Shown: in pieces, positions 18,403 to 26,899 of the stretch
How the letters are laid out: every line of letters begins with the position of its first letter
Position numbering within the stretch: position 1 is the stretch's first letter
Assembly (NCBI GenBank): GCA_046350795.1
Contig: JAXLZT010000001.1
Location: forward strand, 181,780-245,779
Length of the DNA stretch: 64,000 nucleotides
Direction of reading: 5' to 3'
Source: Minisyncoccota bacterium
Lineage (GTDB): Bacteria; Patescibacteriota; Minisyncoccia; Phycocordibacterales; CALRHW01
Position numbers and translations under genes: made by a program
Notes under the pieces: model-generated
What the model saw: the letters and a program-made list of their open reading frames with translations, nothing else
Databases searched by the model: none
Told to the model about the DNA's origin: nothing

Positions 18403-18430
18403 AAAACACCCGAAAGGGTGTTTTGTTTTA
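18403..18430 (+). terminator. Rho-independent terminator (AAAACACCC-GAAA-GGGTGTTTTGTTTT)
   Basis: Read directly after rpsT. Confidence 0.75.
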
Positions 18431-18482
18431 TCGAATTACACAATCCCTTTTATTATTCGATTTTACATAATAGAATTAGTAT

Positions 18483-20054
18483 ATGATTCTTAAAAGATTC
18501 ATCTTTTCTTTTACGGTTTTTATTTTCTGTTGGATTTCTGTTACTTCTATCGCAAATGCTTCCGGAGAAGCTTGTTACACTTTTCCTAGAAACCTAAAGA
18601 TGACTGATAGGGGTATAGATGTTTGGTCATTACAAAAATTTTTAAATACAGATCCAAGGACACAGATTTCACAGTACGGGGTAGGATCTCCTGGTAAAGA
18701 AACAGACTACTTTGGACTACTTACCGCTAAAGCAGTCTCTAGGTTTCAAGAGCTTTATTCTAATGAGACACTTTTACCAGCCGGCCTTACGAGCGGAACT
18801 GGTTTTTTTGGTATAGCTTCTCGTTTGAAGGTTTTAAAAATATGTTTAGAGGGATTACTTGGTCAAGGTGCCGCACCCCTAGAGTCTACACAATTACCAG
18901 TAGCTCAAAACACCTCTATACCCACAGCGTCTTCTCAGAGTGTTACTTTAAATAAGGGTGGTTCTGTGAATGATTATGTAAATAAGTTCATAGTCTGGTA
19001 TCAAATTGCTGGTTCTATTCCTAGTACTCCAGAAAATAAATTAATCAGAGAGGTAGGATGGTTTCCTCCAACACCAGAATATTGGAATAATTTTGCGAAT
19101 AGAATTAAAAACAATGAAATGCAGATTGGTGTAAAGAGAATTGTTTTATGGAGCCCGTTTGGTTTTAGCTACGATAGCCCAGAGCCGATTCAATTTGATC
19201 AATACTTAAATGCACAAGTAGATACTCCATGGCTAGTTAATAATTTTGTAAATGCATGGAAACCGATTACTCAATCTGGCGTAGAAGTAATAGCTTATAT
19301 AGGCAGTCCTTATATAGATGAAAAACAAGTTGCTTTAATAAACAATCAAAGTGCGTGGTGGGATAGGGCATGGTCAGCAGTAAAACCATTTAAAGATGCT
19401 GGAATGTCTATTGCTTTTGATGCTGTTGTGGGACAGTCGGAGAGCTCTATGGACTATCAGCTTGCAGAAGCTTTGCGCAATCAGGGTGTGAAAGTGTATG
19501 TTGAGTCTAGACCGCGCTACAACCTTTCTCATTGGAATCAGTCTCATTACGGAGTATTTATTGATAACTATTTCTTTTACAGAAGTGATCCAGAAAGATA
19601 TGCGGATGCTAGCGTATGGCAGGCTGTAAAAAATTCTGATTTGAAAGGTGAGACTATTAGAATGGTCTTATATGAAAATGGACCAAATCTACCAAGCGAT
19701 GTGCCGAGTGATTATATTGGTCAGGCAAAAAGTGTTTTAAAGGATGGTGATTCAGTGGCTATTGGTGGTACTTTAGTAAATGCTTCTACTCCGCTTTCAT
19801 CTTTTTTACCAACTGGTGATTCTTATAAAATAATAACTCTGCAGGGCAGTGATCCTGATGGCGGAACACTCACTTTCTCCATTACAAGCAACCCGCAACA
19901 CGGCACACTCACTCAAACTGGAAGTGGTGGAAAAAAAGTTAAATATAAATTGACATCATCTTCTTTTGTTGGAACGGATTACTTTACATACACAGTAAGT
20001 GACGGGCTACATACCTCTCTACCAGCTACAGTATCTATACAAGTAAAAAATTAG
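18483..20054 (+). CDS. Secreted protein with N-terminal peptidoglycan-binding-like domain and C-terminal Ig/cadherin-like repeat
   Basis: Signal peptide; LQKFLNTD...GSPGKETDYFGLLTAKAVSRFQ (PG_binding_1-like, paralogous to 51311 gene); C-terminal TFSITSNPQHGTLTQ...TDYFTYTVSDG. Confidence 0.5.
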   Translation: MILKRFIFSFTVFIFCWISVTSIANASGEACYTFPRNLKMTDRGIDVWSLQKFLNTDPRTQISQYGVGSPGKETDYFGLLTAKAVSRFQELYSNETLLPAGLTSGTGFFGIASRLKVLKICLEGLLGQGAAPLESTQLPVAQNTSIPTASSQSVTLNKGGSVNDYVNKFIVWYQIAGSIPSTPENKLIREVGWFPPTPEYWNNFANRIKNNEMQIGVKRIVLWSPFGFSYDSPEPIQFDQYLNAQVDTPWLVNNFVNAWKPITQSGVEVIAYIGSPYIDEKQVALINNQSAWWDRAWSAVKPFKDAGMSIAFDAVVGQSESSMDYQLAEALRNQGVKVYVESRPRYNLSHWNQSHYGVFIDNYFFYRSDPERYADASVWQAVKNSDLKGETIRMVLYENGPNLPSDVPSDYIGQAKSVLKDGDSVAIGGTLVNASTPLSSFLPTGDSYKIITLQGSDPDGGTLTFSITSNPQHGTLTQTGSGGKKVKYKLTSSSFVGTDYFTYTVSDGLHTSLPATVSIQVKN

Positions 20055-20055
20055 T

Positions 20056-20127
20056 GCTCTCAGTAGGAATCGAACCTACATCGCAAGCTCCGCAAGCTCG
20101 CATTCTATCCATTGAACTATGAGAGCA
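20056..20127 (-). tRNA. tRNA, anticodon read as GCG (Arg) by hand-folding; isotype uncertain
   Basis: Acceptor GCTCTCA/TGAGAGC, T-arm GTAGG-TTCGATT-CCTAC; anticodon arm CGAGC-TTGCGGA-GCTTG contains a 9-bp tandem duplication (cgcaagctc x2 on + strand). Confidence 0.6.
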
Positions 20128-20153
20128 ATCAAAAGCAGGTTATCACGAAATAG

Positions 20154-20615
20154 TTAAAAACCAAAATACTCAGCCAATTTTTGAAAAAATGGCTCGTGCA
20201 TTTCGTCTTCGTAAAGTACTTCTTGTAAGTATTCGCGTATGTCTTCGGGGTGTACGGTATCAAGGCGTATGACCAAGAGGGGGAGGAAGAATCTTTGTGA
20301 TTTTAAAAGTAGCACAGGAGGATTTTCATTTTCATTTATCCAAAAAGAATCAAGTGATTTATATGGATAATGAAAATTATCTATAGTCACACCTCTGCTA
20401 TCTATTTTTACTTTATGTATTTTTGGTTGTCGCACGGCGTGCAACACCAAAGAGAAGGTTGCTATAAGTATTAGGATACCAAAGAGTAAGTTGCCCCAGA
20501 TAATAGATGCTAGGGCAATTGAAATAGCTATTATACCAACAGCCCAAAACCAATCGTTACTTTTTTCTTCATGATGATGTTCTAGAGCTTCCCACTCCAA
20601 TGGAGAATTTTTCAT
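20154..20615 (-). CDS. Hypothetical membrane protein (two TM helices after acidic/His-rich N-terminus)
   Basis: 153 aa; FWAVGIIAISIALASIIWGNLLFGILILIATFSLVLHAV. Confidence 0.45.
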   Translation of the reverse strand: MKNSPLEWEALEHHHEEKSNDWFWAVGIIAISIALASIIWGNLLFGILILIATFSLVLHAVRQPKIHKVKIDSRGVTIDNFHYPYKSLDSFWINENENPPVLLLKSQRFFLPLLVIRLDTVHPEDIREYLQEVLYEDEMHEPFFQKLAEYFGF

Positions 20616-20663
20616 ACGTAAATTGTATCACAGCACACCGATGACCTCCATATTTTCTGTGAA

Positions 20664-20710
20664 TAGAAAAACCCCGTACCGGCAGCAGTGTGGTGCTGGT
20701 CGGTACGGGG
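20664..20710 (-). terminator. Minus-strand rho-independent terminator (12-bp stem CCCCGTACCGGC/GGTCGGTACGGGG + U-run)
   Basis: Seen downstream (minus sense) of the 20761-21195 gene. Confidence 0.65.
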
Positions 20711-20760
20711 CGCTCTGGGAGGTTGTTTGGATTGGTGTGCGCGAGCGTTGGTGCTCGACG

Positions 20761-21195
20761 CTACTTCTCCGGAAGATCGTTCCACTCACCGATGGTCAAG
20801 CTGTGCTTGGGCATGGTGGTGAAGATGAGGTACTCAGCAAAGCTTGATGAGAAAAACTTGATCTCATCGGTCCCTTCGCTGAAGTCACAGCAGTTGTGGT
20901 CGTGATAGACCGTGCCCCTTGCCACGAAAGATGCTTTGTGGGTTTCTTTGCACCCCACCCAGACGAGTTCCATCTGGATCAGTGTGCAGTCTCCGGCCAT
21001 GAGATCCTTCTCCGTGCCCCCCACAACCCGAAACCCCGTGACCTCGTATGGGGGGAGCTCGGTGCAGATGGCTTTTTCTCCATCTGCCATCTTGCGTTCC
21101 TGGTTCTTCTTGGCGTGTTCCTTGCGGAACAGTTCGTTGGTCTCCTTGAGTAGGCCACTTTTTGTGGCCCCCTCTTTTGCGGTCTCTGTCGGCAT
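20761..21195 (-). CDS. Hypothetical protein, GC-rich gene
   Basis: 144 aa, no recognisable domain; GC3-rich; own terminator. Confidence 0.45.
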   Translation of the reverse strand: MPTETAKEGATKSGLLKETNELFRKEHAKKNQERKMADGEKAICTELPPYEVTGFRVVGGTEKDLMAGDCTLIQMELVWVGCKETHKASFVARGTVYHDHNCCDFSEGTDEIKFFSSSFAEYLIFTTMPKHSLTIGEWNDLPEK

Positions 21196-21325
21196 GTGTG
21201 TATCCTCCTTGGGGATAGTGTTGGTGTGCGTGGATCTAAAGACAATATTACTCAGGCAATCATTTTTTGCAACAAAAAACAGCCCGACACTAGTCTGGCC
21301 GTTTTTGTAATTTTTTAGAGAAAAA

Positions 21326-21580
21326 TTATGAAAGATGCTTTGAAACGAGCTTTGTCATTTCAAACATGTTTACAACACCCTTTCCTCCAAACACTGCCTT
21401 TAGGGCTGCGTCTGCGTTGATGTTTCTTTTGTTAGCTGAATCTTGAAGATTGTTCTTCTTGATGTATGCCCACAAAGCCTTTACAACCTCTGATCGAGGC
21501 ATTGGTCCTTTTCCCACAACAGCTGCCAATTCTGGACTTACGTTGAGGGGTTTCATAAATGCTGAATTTGGTTTTGCCAT
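21326..21580 (-). CDS. SWIB/MDM2-domain protein (stand-alone)
   Basis: 84 aa; MPRSEVVKALWAYIKKNNLQDSANKRNINADAALKAVFGGKGVVNMFEMTKLVSKHL closely matches SWIB consensus. Confidence 0.7.
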   Translation of the reverse strand: MAKPNSAFMKPLNVSPELAAVVGKGPMPRSEVVKALWAYIKKNNLQDSANKRNINADAALKAVFGGKGVVNMFEMTKLVSKHLS

Positions 21581-21728
21581 ATTTTCAAATTAATTATTAA
21601 AACCTAATACGGATATTGTATCAGAAGGGGTTTTTTGCGCCATAGGGTATACACAGGAGCATAAGATAGCTCTTGTTTTAGACATTTATAAAATATTGTG
21701 TTAATTTTTATTTTAGAAAGGAGTAGAA

Positions 21729-22328
21729 ATGAAAAACCAGTGTGTTTTTTATCAAGCAATTGAACTTGCCAACTGGACTCATCGTGAACAAAGGAGGAAG
21801 GTTACCAAAACACCATATGTGGTACACCCACTTCATGGCGTGACCATTCTTCTGACACACGGTGTGAGTTTGGATGATCCAGACGGACTCGACATCTTGG
21901 TTGCCGAGGTGTTGCACGACGGACCGGAGGACAATGTTGTGGATTGTCCCATCAGTCTCATCGAGAGTCTGTTTGGGCGAGAGGTGGCCAGGATTGTGAG
22001 CAATGTCACTCTGGACCACAAAAACCCAGACAAACAGCTGTCGCGTCAAAAGATCCTGGGTTTGGATTGGAAGACGCGTATCGTCAAGACTGCGGACGTG
22101 ATGAGCAACACCGTCTCAACGGTGTGCAACATCGAGAGGTTCGGCCTCAGGGAGGTGCTAAAGCACTCGAAAAAACCAATCGCCAGAAAGATTGCCATGG
22201 AGCGCGAATTCTTGTCTGGCGTGTGTCGAGAAGGAGATCCAGTAACCCTTATCCAATTGCAAAGGAGCGCATTGCGGTTTGTTGACAAGCTGGCAGAACT
22301 CACAAGCACAGCTCATGCCAACACCTGA
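21729..22328 (+). CDS. HD-domain phosphohydrolase resembling RelA/SpoT (p)ppGpp-hydrolase (small alarmone hydrolase-like); GC-rich gene
   Basis: HREQRRK...PYVVHPLHGVTILL...LVAEVLHDGPED matches H-x-x-Q-x-R / PYxxHPL / LHDxxED hydrolase motifs. Confidence 0.6.
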   Translation: MKNQCVFYQAIELANWTHREQRRKVTKTPYVVHPLHGVTILLTHGVSLDDPDGLDILVAEVLHDGPEDNVVDCPISLIESLFGREVARIVSNVTLDHKNPDKQLSRQKILGLDWKTRIVKTADVMSNTVSTVCNIERFGLREVLKHSKKPIARKIAMEREFLSGVCREGDPVTLIQLQRSALRFVDKLAELTSTAHANT

Positions 22329-22346
22329 TTTCGTTTCCGTGTTTTA

Positions 22347-22380
22347 CCGGCTTCCCCATGAAAAGGGAAGCCGTTTCTAT
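22347..22380 (+). terminator. Rho-independent terminator (CCGGCTTCCC-CATGAAAA-GGGAAGCCG + TTTCTATT)
   Basis: Read directly after HD gene. Confidence 0.7.
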
Positions 22381-22395
22381 TGTATAATTTAAACT

Positions 22396-22761
22396 ATGAA
22401 AAAATATAAAATAATTTTTTGGATTACTACGGCGGTGATTTTTTTGTTTGAGGGCGTGATGCCAGCGCTTACTTATCAATCAGAGATGTCCATACAAGGG
22501 ATTACAAGCTTGGGCTATCCTGTGTATTTCGTCACGTTACTCACTGTTTTCAAGGTTTTGGGATCACTCGTGCTTATTATTCCAATCATTCCGTCTCGCG
22601 TAAAAGAGTGGGCTTATGCCGGCTTTGCTTTTGATTTTATTTTCGCGCTTCTAAGTATGTGGATAGTGGTTGGCTTTGGTGTAATGTTGTTGCCTCCAGT
22701 AATAGCTTTGGTAGTGCTCTTGCTTTCATATGTTTCGTATCACAAGGTTATCTTAAAATAG
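22396..22761 (+). CDS. DoxX-like small membrane protein
   Basis: 121 aa, 4 TM helices. Confidence 0.45.
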   Translation: MKKYKIIFWITTAVIFLFEGVMPALTYQSEMSIQGITSLGYPVYFVTLLTVFKVLGSLVLIIPIIPSRVKEWAYAGFAFDFIFALLSMWIVVGFGVMLLPPVIALVVLLLSYVSYHKVILK

Positions 22762-22764
22762 TAG

Positions 22765-23277
22765 GTGATGTTTGTTGTTGTAAATGACAAAATGCAAAAG
22801 GGTTATCAGTACGAACTCTCTGAAAAGATGGGTGAAAATTTTGCGCCGGAATTTAAGCCAGACCTTACACCAAAAGAAATGCTTGAGATGGGCGTGTTTG
22901 GTGGGGTATATATGAGGGATTGTGTAGATGAGTTTCCGTCTGATTGGTTTGTAAAGGCAAAATTTGCACCAAAAGACACAAAAGAACACTTGGCCGAATT
23001 AAACTTTTTCAAAATAAACGCAAGTCAGCCACTGTCTGTCTGGAAAAAGAAGGGCTGGATTTATCATGAAGATCCGCGAGGGTGGTTTCAGTGGTATTGC
23101 CGGTATTATATGGGGCGCAGAATTTCAAAAGAGGATGAGAGGCAGATAAAAAGGTGGAAGGCTATCAGTAGACACATAGCTCAAGTGCAAAAAAACTGTC
23201 GCGCAGGCGATGCAATGTGCCGACCACGCCAACGTCAGGCGATACTACACTGGGCATATGATAGTAGAAGAGTTTAG
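22765..23277 (+). CDS. Hypothetical protein (Trp/Tyr-rich motif GWFQWYCRYYMGRR)
   Basis: 170 aa, no family recognised from memory. Confidence 0.4.
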   Translation: MMFVVVNDKMQKGYQYELSEKMGENFAPEFKPDLTPKEMLEMGVFGGVYMRDCVDEFPSDWFVKAKFAPKDTKEHLAELNFFKINASQPLSVWKKKGWIYHEDPRGWFQWYCRYYMGRRISKEDERQIKRWKAISRHIAQVQKNCRAGDAMCRPRQRQAILHWAYDSRRV

Positions 23278-23380
23278 GAGTAGGAAAAGCGATAGAAATA
23301 ATTGAATCTTGACCCCATTTCTCCGATGCCTTAGTCTAGGGACAGAATCTTTGACATCACCCCCCCACAAGGAGTAAAAA

Positions 23381-24490
23381 TTGAACACAAACAATGTTCC
23401 TACCATTTGCCTGACGGGTGGACCCTGTGCGGGCAAGACCACCATCCTTAGTCGTTTGCAAGAGAGGCTCGATGACCTTGGCTTTGCGGTGGTTGTGGTG
23501 CCTGAGGTGGCGACAGAGTTCATCTCTTCAGGCATCCGGCCTGCTTTGATCGAGCCACACCGCTTTCAGTGCCACATCCTTGAGCACATCATGGCCAAGG
23601 AAGATCGTTTCAAGGCGCTCGCTCAGATCATGTCTGTCGACAAGAAGGTCGTCATATGTGATCGAGGCGCAGTCGATGCTGCTGCATACATGTCGCCCAT
23701 GCATTTTGACTTGATGCTCGGCCAGCTTGGACTCACTGTCGTCGACTTGCGTGACGCTCGATACGACGGCGTGGTGTTCTTGCGTTCTGTTGCGGTGGAC
23801 GCTCCCCATATCTACACCTGCGATAACAACAAAGCTCGCAGGGAGTCAGTAGAGGAGGCTTGTTTGATCGACGAGTGTACGCTCGCTGCGTGGACTGGAC
23901 ATCCGCACTTGCGTGTCATCGACAACAGCACCGATCTCGAAGGCAAATCACATCGGGTACTTCAGGCGATTTGCAGAGTGCTCGGCATCCCCACACCCCT
24001 GGAGATTGAGAAAAAGTACCTGGTGAACCAGTGCGATCTCAGTCGTCTTCCGCTTCCTCATCGGTCTGTGGAAATCGAACAGTACTACCTCAAGACCGAA
24101 GACGGAAAGGGAGTGGAACGTATTCGTCGACGAAGTCAGTGTGGAGGCTTTACTTACTACCACACTGTGAAGCAGGATCTTCGCTCCGGTGTGCGTATTG
24201 AGAATGAAAGTCAGATCACCGAGGCCGAGTTCCTGATCCTCCTGCAAAGAGCAGATCCGGAGTTTGGCAAGATCGGAAAGACCCGGTACTGCTTTCTGTG
24301 GAACAATCAGTACTTTGAGCTCGACGTGTTCCACAACCCCTCCGGCCTGGTTCTGCTCGAGATCGAGCTCACGGAAGAGAACGACTTGGTCATCTTGCCA
24401 GACTTTCTCGTGGGCCATGTGATGGATGTAACTGGCAGCGATAGGTACAGCAATGTTCAAATCGCTCGTCGAATCGTAGCCGGGGTGTGA
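23381..24490 (+). CDS. P-loop nucleoside/nucleotide-kinase-like domain fused to C-terminal CYTH (triphosphate tunnel metalloenzyme) domain; GC-rich gene
   Basis: Walker A ICLTGGPCAGKTT (AAA_28/uridine-kinase-like) then EIEKKYLV...YYLKTEDGKGVERIRRR...LLEIELTEE (CYTH EIERKF-type start and acidic tunnel residues). Confidence 0.6.
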   Translation: MNTNNVPTICLTGGPCAGKTTILSRLQERLDDLGFAVVVVPEVATEFISSGIRPALIEPHRFQCHILEHIMAKEDRFKALAQIMSVDKKVVICDRGAVDAAAYMSPMHFDLMLGQLGLTVVDLRDARYDGVVFLRSVAVDAPHIYTCDNNKARRESVEEACLIDECTLAAWTGHPHLRVIDNSTDLEGKSHRVLQAICRVLGIPTPLEIEKKYLVNQCDLSRLPLPHRSVEIEQYYLKTEDGKGVERIRRRSQCGGFTYYHTVKQDLRSGVRIENESQITEAEFLILLQRADPEFGKIGKTRYCFLWNNQYFELDVFHNPSGLVLLEIELTEENDLVILPDFLVGHVMDVTGSDRYSNVQIARRIVAGV

Positions 24491-24516
24491 TGCTGTTCGT
24501 TCGCCAAATGAAACAA

Positions 24517-24549
24517 GGCCCGCGCTTCCTCAAGCGCGGGCCTTTTGCT
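24517..24549 (+). terminator. Rho-independent terminator (GGCCCGCGC-TTCCTCAA-GCGCGGGCC + TTTTGCT)
   Basis: Read directly. Confidence 0.7.
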
Positions 24550-24587
24550 GTGTAGTTCTCTTTAATAGGCTATATGTACACTCATAG

Positions 24588-24616
24588 CAAGAAAAAGGGC
24601 CGCCAGGTGGCGGCCC
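24588..24616 (-). terminator. Minus-strand terminator (GGGCCGCCAGGTGGCGGCCC hairpin, U-run on minus side) for the 24701-25219 gene
   Basis: Read directly; convergent with the preceding terminator. Confidence 0.6.
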
Positions 24617-24700
24617 TTTGGGGGGGGTGTGTGAACAGTAAATACAACTCTGCTCGTTCACCCAAAACGGTGTCGAGGACTTACTTCTCTTTTACAGCTA

Positions 24701-25219
24701 CTACTCCAGTGTGGCGAGAACGAGGTCGCGATCTGTCAGGACGCGATTCTTGATCTGCCTTGTGCCGTCTTCCTGCACGACGTAGGTCGTGACGTAGTAC
24801 TCGCGATAGGAGAGAGACACCCTCCTACCGTTGTACAGACTCCACTGATTGTAGAGCTGTGGACCGTTGAGGATGAGGTTGAACCCAGGTGCACGGAATG
24901 CTGTCGTGTACACCGGAGACCCCCTCGAGCTCTGTGGACCGTACTGGTGACGGTGGTTGTTCTCACGGTTGACTTCAGCCATGATGGGGAAAGGGAATGA
25001 CCTTACCCTCACCAACGGAAGCACGATCTCTCTCGGGTCATCAGCAGTCTCCACCGTTGCGACACAATTCATGGTGTCGGAGTGTTCATGCACGTAGAGC
25101 AGCTTCTCGCTGGGGAAGTACTTGTCGTTGATGAAGACCGTTCCACAGATCATGAACGTGGCGACCAGAGTGATGGCCATCGTGATTGCATGCGGGTTTC
25201 TCTCAGCCCAGTTGGGCAT
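24701..25219 (-). CDS. Hypothetical N-terminally membrane-anchored protein; GC-rich gene
   Basis: 172 aa; TM MAITLVATFMICGTVFI; no domain recognised. Confidence 0.45.
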   Translation of the reverse strand: MPNWAERNPHAITMAITLVATFMICGTVFINDKYFPSEKLLYVHEHSDTMNCVATVETADDPREIVLPLVRVRSFPFPIMAEVNRENNHRHQYGPQSSRGSPVYTTAFRAPGFNLILNGPQLYNQWSLYNGRRVSLSYREYYVTTYVVQEDGTRQIKNRVLTDRDLVLATLE

Positions 25220-25361
25220 TTTCTCTCCTTTCCGTAAGTGACTCTGCAGAAGAAAGCCTGAACGAGTGTCCAGGAGAACTTTCTAGACCTAATAATATCA
25301 TATTTAATGCGACAAGTCAAGTATGTGGAGCCTCGTAGAGGCTGTTAGAGCGTATTATAAC

Positions 25362-25757
25362 CTAGCTTTTGTAAGAATCCTCTGAAATGAATTCAAGACT
25401 ATTTCCGCTTGGATCTCTGAAATAGATGGATTGAATATTTTCTTCCCACGAAACTTCTTTTTCGATAGACACTCCGTTTTGTTTTAGTCGATCAGACCAG
25501 TAGGGAAATTCTTCATTTGGAATACCAAACGCTATGTGTCCTTGTCCAACAGAACCATGTACAGGAACAACACCTCCAGATATTTTTGTTTTTTCAGGAT
25601 TAAATAAAATAAGAACGCTGTCACCACAGCGTAAAAAAATATTTCTGCCAGGGGTTTCGTCTATTTTTTCAAAATTCAGGATTTCTGTGTAAAATTTTTC
25701 TGCTTTTTCAAGATCATCAACGTAAAGCGAAGTTTCTAAGATTTTTTTAATTTTCAT
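25362..25757 (-). CDS. Glyoxalase/bleomycin-resistance/VOC-family protein
   Basis: IKKILETSLYVDDLEKAEKFYTEILNF...HIAFGIPNEEF...FRDPSGNSLEF; start set at MKIKKI (ATG 25755-25757). Confidence 0.7.
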   Translation of the reverse strand: MKIKKILETSLYVDDLEKAEKFYTEILNFEKIDETPGRNIFLRCGDSVLILFNPEKTKISGGVVPVHGSVGQGHIAFGIPNEEFPYWSDRLKQNGVSIEKEVSWEENIQSIYFRDPSGNSLEFISEDSYKS

Positions 25758-25771
25758 ACGTTGATTATAAC

Positions 25772-25797
25772 AAAACCCGCAGTTTTGCGGGTTTTGT
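25772..25797 (-). terminator. Minus-strand terminator (AAAACCCGCA-GTTT-TGCGGGTTTT) ending the lexA-divergent small-protein operon
   Basis: Read directly. Confidence 0.6.
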
Positions 25798-25981
25798 CTC
25801 AAGCGGGGTAGATATCCTGAGGCTTGAACCGAAAGTACGGCTCAAATTCAAGGATATTGATCAAATTATACAGAAACTAAGGGTTGTCTACAAAGTCCAT
25901 CCCGAGTGATTTGAGGTGCTAAAACCTAAATCAACCAAAGGTAAAAATGTAGCGGATTATAGTATTTCTTAAGTCTGTGCA

Positions 25982-26314
25982 TTAATGAAACCAGTGCATC
26001 ACAATATCTATTGCCAAAATTGCTGTAGCGACAGCAGAGATGGTCGTTGCTACCATTATACACTTGGTTAAGCTTAGGGCCTTTTCAGTTAGCGACTCGG
26101 AAGATTTATTGAATTGATCTAATCTATAGTTTAAATCCGCTATTCGCTTAGTGAGATAACCAACCTGTGTTCCAATTTGACTTCGAGTGTTTGCAATCCC
26201 CGTTGTCATTAATTGCATGGCTCTCGTTAGGCCTTTCATACCACTTGGGGTAGCGCTCTCATGAGCTAAATCCCATTCTGACTTCTCTAACTCTGGAAAT
26301 TGGTTTGTACTCAT
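25982..26314 (-). CDS. Small tail-anchored membrane protein (paralog A), ~111 aa
   Basis: Start taken at MSTNQFPELEKSEWDL; C-terminal TM IMVATTISAVATAILAIDIVMHWFH; N-terminus paralogous to the next gene. Confidence 0.5.
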   Translation of the reverse strand: MSTNQFPELEKSEWDLAHESATPSGMKGLTRAMQLMTTGIANTRSQIGTQVGYLTKRIADLNYRLDQFNKSSESLTEKALSLTKCIMVATTISAVATAILAIDIVMHWFH

Positions 26315-26319
26315 GATTT

Positions 26320-26583
26320 TTATAAAGCTAAAATTATTTGAATAATAAGTCCTACAAGCATCGCTACTGTTAAACCGACAATACACCATGTAAGGCCAAC
26401 TAGTTTATCTGTTTGTTTAGAAGATTGATTATTGAAAGTTTCGATCGTTTCTTGTAGTTTGCTTAATGCACGTCTAGTTAATTCATCAGAAGCGAGTGAG
26501 CCGTAATGTGGGCTTGATTGATTTATCAATTGCCATAATTGTTTGTCTTCCGAATCTTCAAGTTTTGGAGAAAAATTAGTCAT
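26320..26583 (-). CDS. Small tail-anchored membrane protein (paralog B), 87 aa
   Basis: MTNFSPKLEDSEDKQLWQL...; C-terminal TM LVGLTWCIVGLTVAMLVGLIIQIILAL. Confidence 0.5.
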   Translation of the reverse strand: MTNFSPKLEDSEDKQLWQLINQSSPHYGSLASDELTRRALSKLQETIETFNNQSSKQTDKLVGLTWCIVGLTVAMLVGLIIQIILAL

Positions 26584-26600
26584 AATTTTATTAAGAGATG

Positions 26601-26819
26601 TTAGTCGTTTAGTTCTTTGCGTGCTAAGAGCATTATTTTCTTTCTTCCTTCGCTCGGACTTACTTTCTTTGCTGCATCGAATAACGCTTCTTTTATATTA
26701 GCCTTTGTTTTGTCTGGGAACTGTTTTTTCAATTGGTTTATTGCATAATAAACCTCATAGTTTTGCTTGAAGCTGATCAAGTTTTGATCCCCCTGTATTT
26801 TATTTTTACTGTCTGCCAT
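26601..26819 (-). CDS. Small basic hypothetical protein, 72 aa (first gene of lexA-divergent operon)
   Basis: MADSKNKIQGDQNLISFKQNYEVYYAINQLKKQFPDK... Confidence 0.45.
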   Translation of the reverse strand: MADSKNKIQGDQNLISFKQNYEVYYAINQLKKQFPDKTKANIKEALFDAAKKVSPSEGRKKIMLLARKELND

Positions 26820-26852
26820 TTTGATTAAAATTAGTTAATAATTAAACCTTGA

Positions 26853-26899
26853 AATCTGTGGATAAACCACTTGATTAGGTATTTGTAAGGCATTATACT
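26853..26899 (+). promoter_or_regulatory. lexA promoter TTGATT-N17-TATACT with overlapping inverted repeat AATCtGTGG-ATAAA-CCACttGATT (candidate LexA operator) in the lexA/small-protein divergent region
   Basis: -35 at 26871-26876, -10 at 26894-26899, ATG at 26906 (leaderless or near-leaderless); palindrome core GTGG-N5-CCAC at 26858-26870. Confidence 0.4.
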
